NCBI GenBank assembly: GCA_964486045.1
Contig: CAZALK010000002.1
Span: 224,001-288,000 of the forward strand
Source of the DNA: an uncultured archaeon
GTDB lineage: Archaea > Asgardarchaeota > Lokiarchaeia > Sigyniarchaeales > SOKP01
Length of the DNA stretch: 64,000 nt
Direction: 5' to 3'
The position numbers were made by a program, and so were the translations under genes. Positions 62,034-64,000 of the stretch are shown one piece after another. Numbering within the stretch: position 1 is the first letter of the stretch; each line of letters opens with the position of its first letter. The notes beneath the pieces are model-generated. The model worked only from the letters and a program-made list of their open reading frames with translations, was not told the origin of the DNA and did no database searches.

Positions 62034-62165
62034 TCTTCTTATAAAGAAGATTACAACTTTTTTTAAAAATTAAATTATAAAAGCATTATTCATTCTCAAA
62101 AATACATTTTTATTCTTGAAAGAAATTAGGAATTTTTAAAATTTAAAAAGAGGTTACAAGATAAA

Positions 62166-63281
62166 TTGCAAAAAAGTGAAGTTATTAATAAAGCATTAGA
62201 AATAGGTTTTGAAGATATTGGGTTCACAACAATTGAACCTTTTGAATCTCAACGAGAAATTTTGAATTCTAGAAGAGAAGAGTATGAATGGATTATAAAT
62301 AGCTCTTTCGATCTAGAGAAAGGTCTTGATGCTAAAAATATTATGCCTGATGGTAAATCTATTATTGTTTTGATTGATTTTCATTTCAGGGAAGCGTATC
62401 CCTCGAGTTTAGAAGGTCACTTTGGCCGTGCATATTTAGATGATGATCGTATAACTAGAAATAATATATACCTGCGTATAAAAGCATTCCGAAGCTATTT
62501 ACGAGATAATGGGATTAGTTCGAGAGCACCAGGCAATATTCCACATAGATTAACAGCAGCTAGAGCAGGATTAGGAACTTTTGGGAGGAATAATTTTCTT
62601 TATTCAAACAGAATCGCGCGAAAAAGCTCTTGGTTAACTCCAATACCTTTAATAGTGGATTATGAATTTGAACCAGATGAACCGACAGTTGAAATAGGAT
62701 GCCCTAAATGGTGTAAAAATACTTGCATTGCTTCCTGTCCCACTGGTGCTCTTAGAGCTCCTAATACTATTGATCCTAGGAAATGTATATCATATCTTAG
62801 TTATTACCAAGAAGGAATAACTCCACTAGAACTTCGAGAGGCTTTAGGGACTTGGGTTTATGGTTGTGATCGATGTCAAGAAGTTTGCCCACGTAATAGG
62901 CCATGGTTATCTCAGAATTTGCCTATAAATAAAAGAGTTGCTGCTAAGGAAAAAGATTTCGATTTGATAAACCTGCTCCATATGGATCTGAAATATTATC
63001 AAAAAAGAATTTGGCCTCACATGTTTTATCAGTCATATAACGAGACATGGCGTTGGAAAATGAATGTGGCAAGAGCTATGGGAAATTCACAAGATTCAAA
63101 ATATATACCTGAGCTTATTAAAGCTTTTAAAGAAAACTCAGATGAACGGGTAACTAGAATGATTGCATGGGCTTTGGGAAGACTAGGTGGAGTGGAGTCT
63201 AAAAAAGCGTTAGAATCCTTTCTTGATAAAGGTAATGGTGAAGTTCGAGAAGAAATTTCAATTGCTTTGAGAAATTTTTAA
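62166..63281 (+). CDS. Epoxyqueuosine reductase (QueG)-like protein with C-terminal HEAT repeat
   Basis: ARAGLGTFGRN, CP..C...CIASCPTGAL, KCISY, YGCDRCQEVCP.N, MIAWALGRLG. Confidence 0.82.
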   Translation: MQKSEVINKALEIGFEDIGFTTIEPFESQREILNSRREEYEWIINSSFDLEKGLDAKNIMPDGKSIIVLIDFHFREAYPSSLEGHFGRAYLDDDRITRNNIYLRIKAFRSYLRDNGISSRAPGNIPHRLTAARAGLGTFGRNNFLYSNRIARKSSWLTPIPLIVDYEFEPDEPTVEIGCPKWCKNTCIASCPTGALRAPNTIDPRKCISYLSYYQEGITPLELREALGTWVYGCDRCQEVCPRNRPWLSQNLPINKRVAAKEKDFDLINLLHMDLKYYQKRIWPHMFYQSYNETWRWKMNVARAMGNSQDSKYIPELIKAFKENSDERVTRMIAWALGRLGGVESKKALESFLDKGNGEVREEISIALRNF

Positions 63282-63340
63282 ACTTTGAAAGTAAATTATC
63301 TTGGATCTATATAATCAAGTAGAAAAAAAAAGGAAAAATA

Positions 63341-64000
63341 CTATTTACTTATCTTTAATTCATTCAATTTCTCTTCTGTTGGTCTTCCAGTTTCCCAATC
63401 CCAACCTCTAAATTTATAGTATTTTTGTAAATTGCCTTCTAATTCAATTTTTACATCAGTAGTTTTTCCAGATTTTAAGACTTTCAGCAGATGGCTAGGT
63501 AATCTATCATCAGTCCTTGTTATCCCTAAATTACAATTTATTACTCTTTTCAAAGTATTGATTCGTTCACCAACAGTTGAAATTGATTTTACATCATAAT
63601 TAAAATTAGTCGAGGCATTTATATGTCCCACTATGTCTTCTAGACTTGGATGTGGAAAGTTACAGTTTACAGCAGAATCATCAATAGCTCTTATATCTTG
63701 CAATGCCATAACACCTTTCTCTCTTCGTTTAACTGTAGTTCTGTCTCCCCCTTGTATTTTTAATTTAGGGTAATTTATAGAACCAATCTCTACTGTAAAC
63801 CAATCACATTTTTCATGGTTGGCACCAACACAACAAGTTATATAACTTAAAGCTTGTCCGGCAAATGCTCTAGGATCATGCATAGGTACTTCCAATCCTT
63901 TTACATGAGCAGCTAAGCCTGGGTCTACTTCAAATTTCTCTGCCATTGAACGTACACCTTCAGCAAGAATATTTCCAATACCTTTTCTCTTAGAAATCAT
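63341..64000 (-). CDS. aor: Aldehyde:ferredoxin oxidoreductase family (3' part; runs off window end)
   Basis: LAEGV, HVKGLE.PMHDPR, GERI, DDRLP, YY..RGWD.ETGRPT. Confidence 0.88.
   Translation of the reverse strand: MISKRKGIGNILAEGVRSMAEKFEVDPGLAAHVKGLEVPMHDPRAFAGQALSYITCCVGANHEKCDWFTVEIGSINYPKLKIQGGDRTTVKRREKGVMALQDIRAIDDSAVNCNFPHPSLEDIVGHINASTNFNYDVKSISTVGERINTLKRVINCNLGITRTDDRLPSHLLKVLKSGKTTDVKIELEGNLQKYYKFRGWDWETGRPTEEKLNELKISK

Noticed and set aside
1-64000. Selenocysteine/pyrrolysine readthrough
   Set aside because: The TGA/TAG-ending genes I checked look full-length with no convincing continuation; no split selenoprotein families seen
1-64000. CRISPR array, tRNA/rRNA, IS elements, integron attC array
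   Set aside because: No regular repeat-spacer pattern, GC-rich structured RNA, transposase/integrase or recurring attC-like stems seen by eye; a covariance-model scan was not possible

Overview
AT-rich (roughly 30% GC by eye) archaeal window, most likely Asgard/Lokiarchaeia. This is inferred from the DRG GTPase, two tungsten AORs, an F420-type LLM, Loki-style TIR and CWVC-finger sequences, and frequent TTG starts. It is dominated by anaerobic amino-acid and carbon catabolism. (i) TCA-type enzymes: sdhA/frdA (partial), korAB, sucCD, and an aclB-aclA-icd operon with ATP-citrate lyase. (ii) A lipid/acyl-CoA cluster with two thiolase-fold proteins lacking the acylated Cys, a DUF35 protein, two SCP2 proteins and an acyl-CoA dehydrogenase. 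(iii) Arginine/proline catabolism built on arginine synthetase (arcE) rather than deiminase. It has a Giardia-like OTC, carbamate kinase and ornithine aminotransferase, and arcE is followed by an AOR and a proline-dehydrogenase-like pair, a candidate ferredoxin-reducing route to glutamate. (iv) A lysine fermentation cluster (kamA/B/D/E, kdd, kce) using the rare Kat transaminase variant, with no kal or kamC in the window and an RdhA-like corrinoid protein inserted on the opposite strand. Also present are six toxin-antitoxin pairs, a TIR-NACHT protein, several gene remnants and an unannotated 55-aa protein with 10 Cys. No rRNA, tRNA, CRISPR array, integrase or transposase was seen. All family assignments come from motifs recognised by eye; no searches were run.
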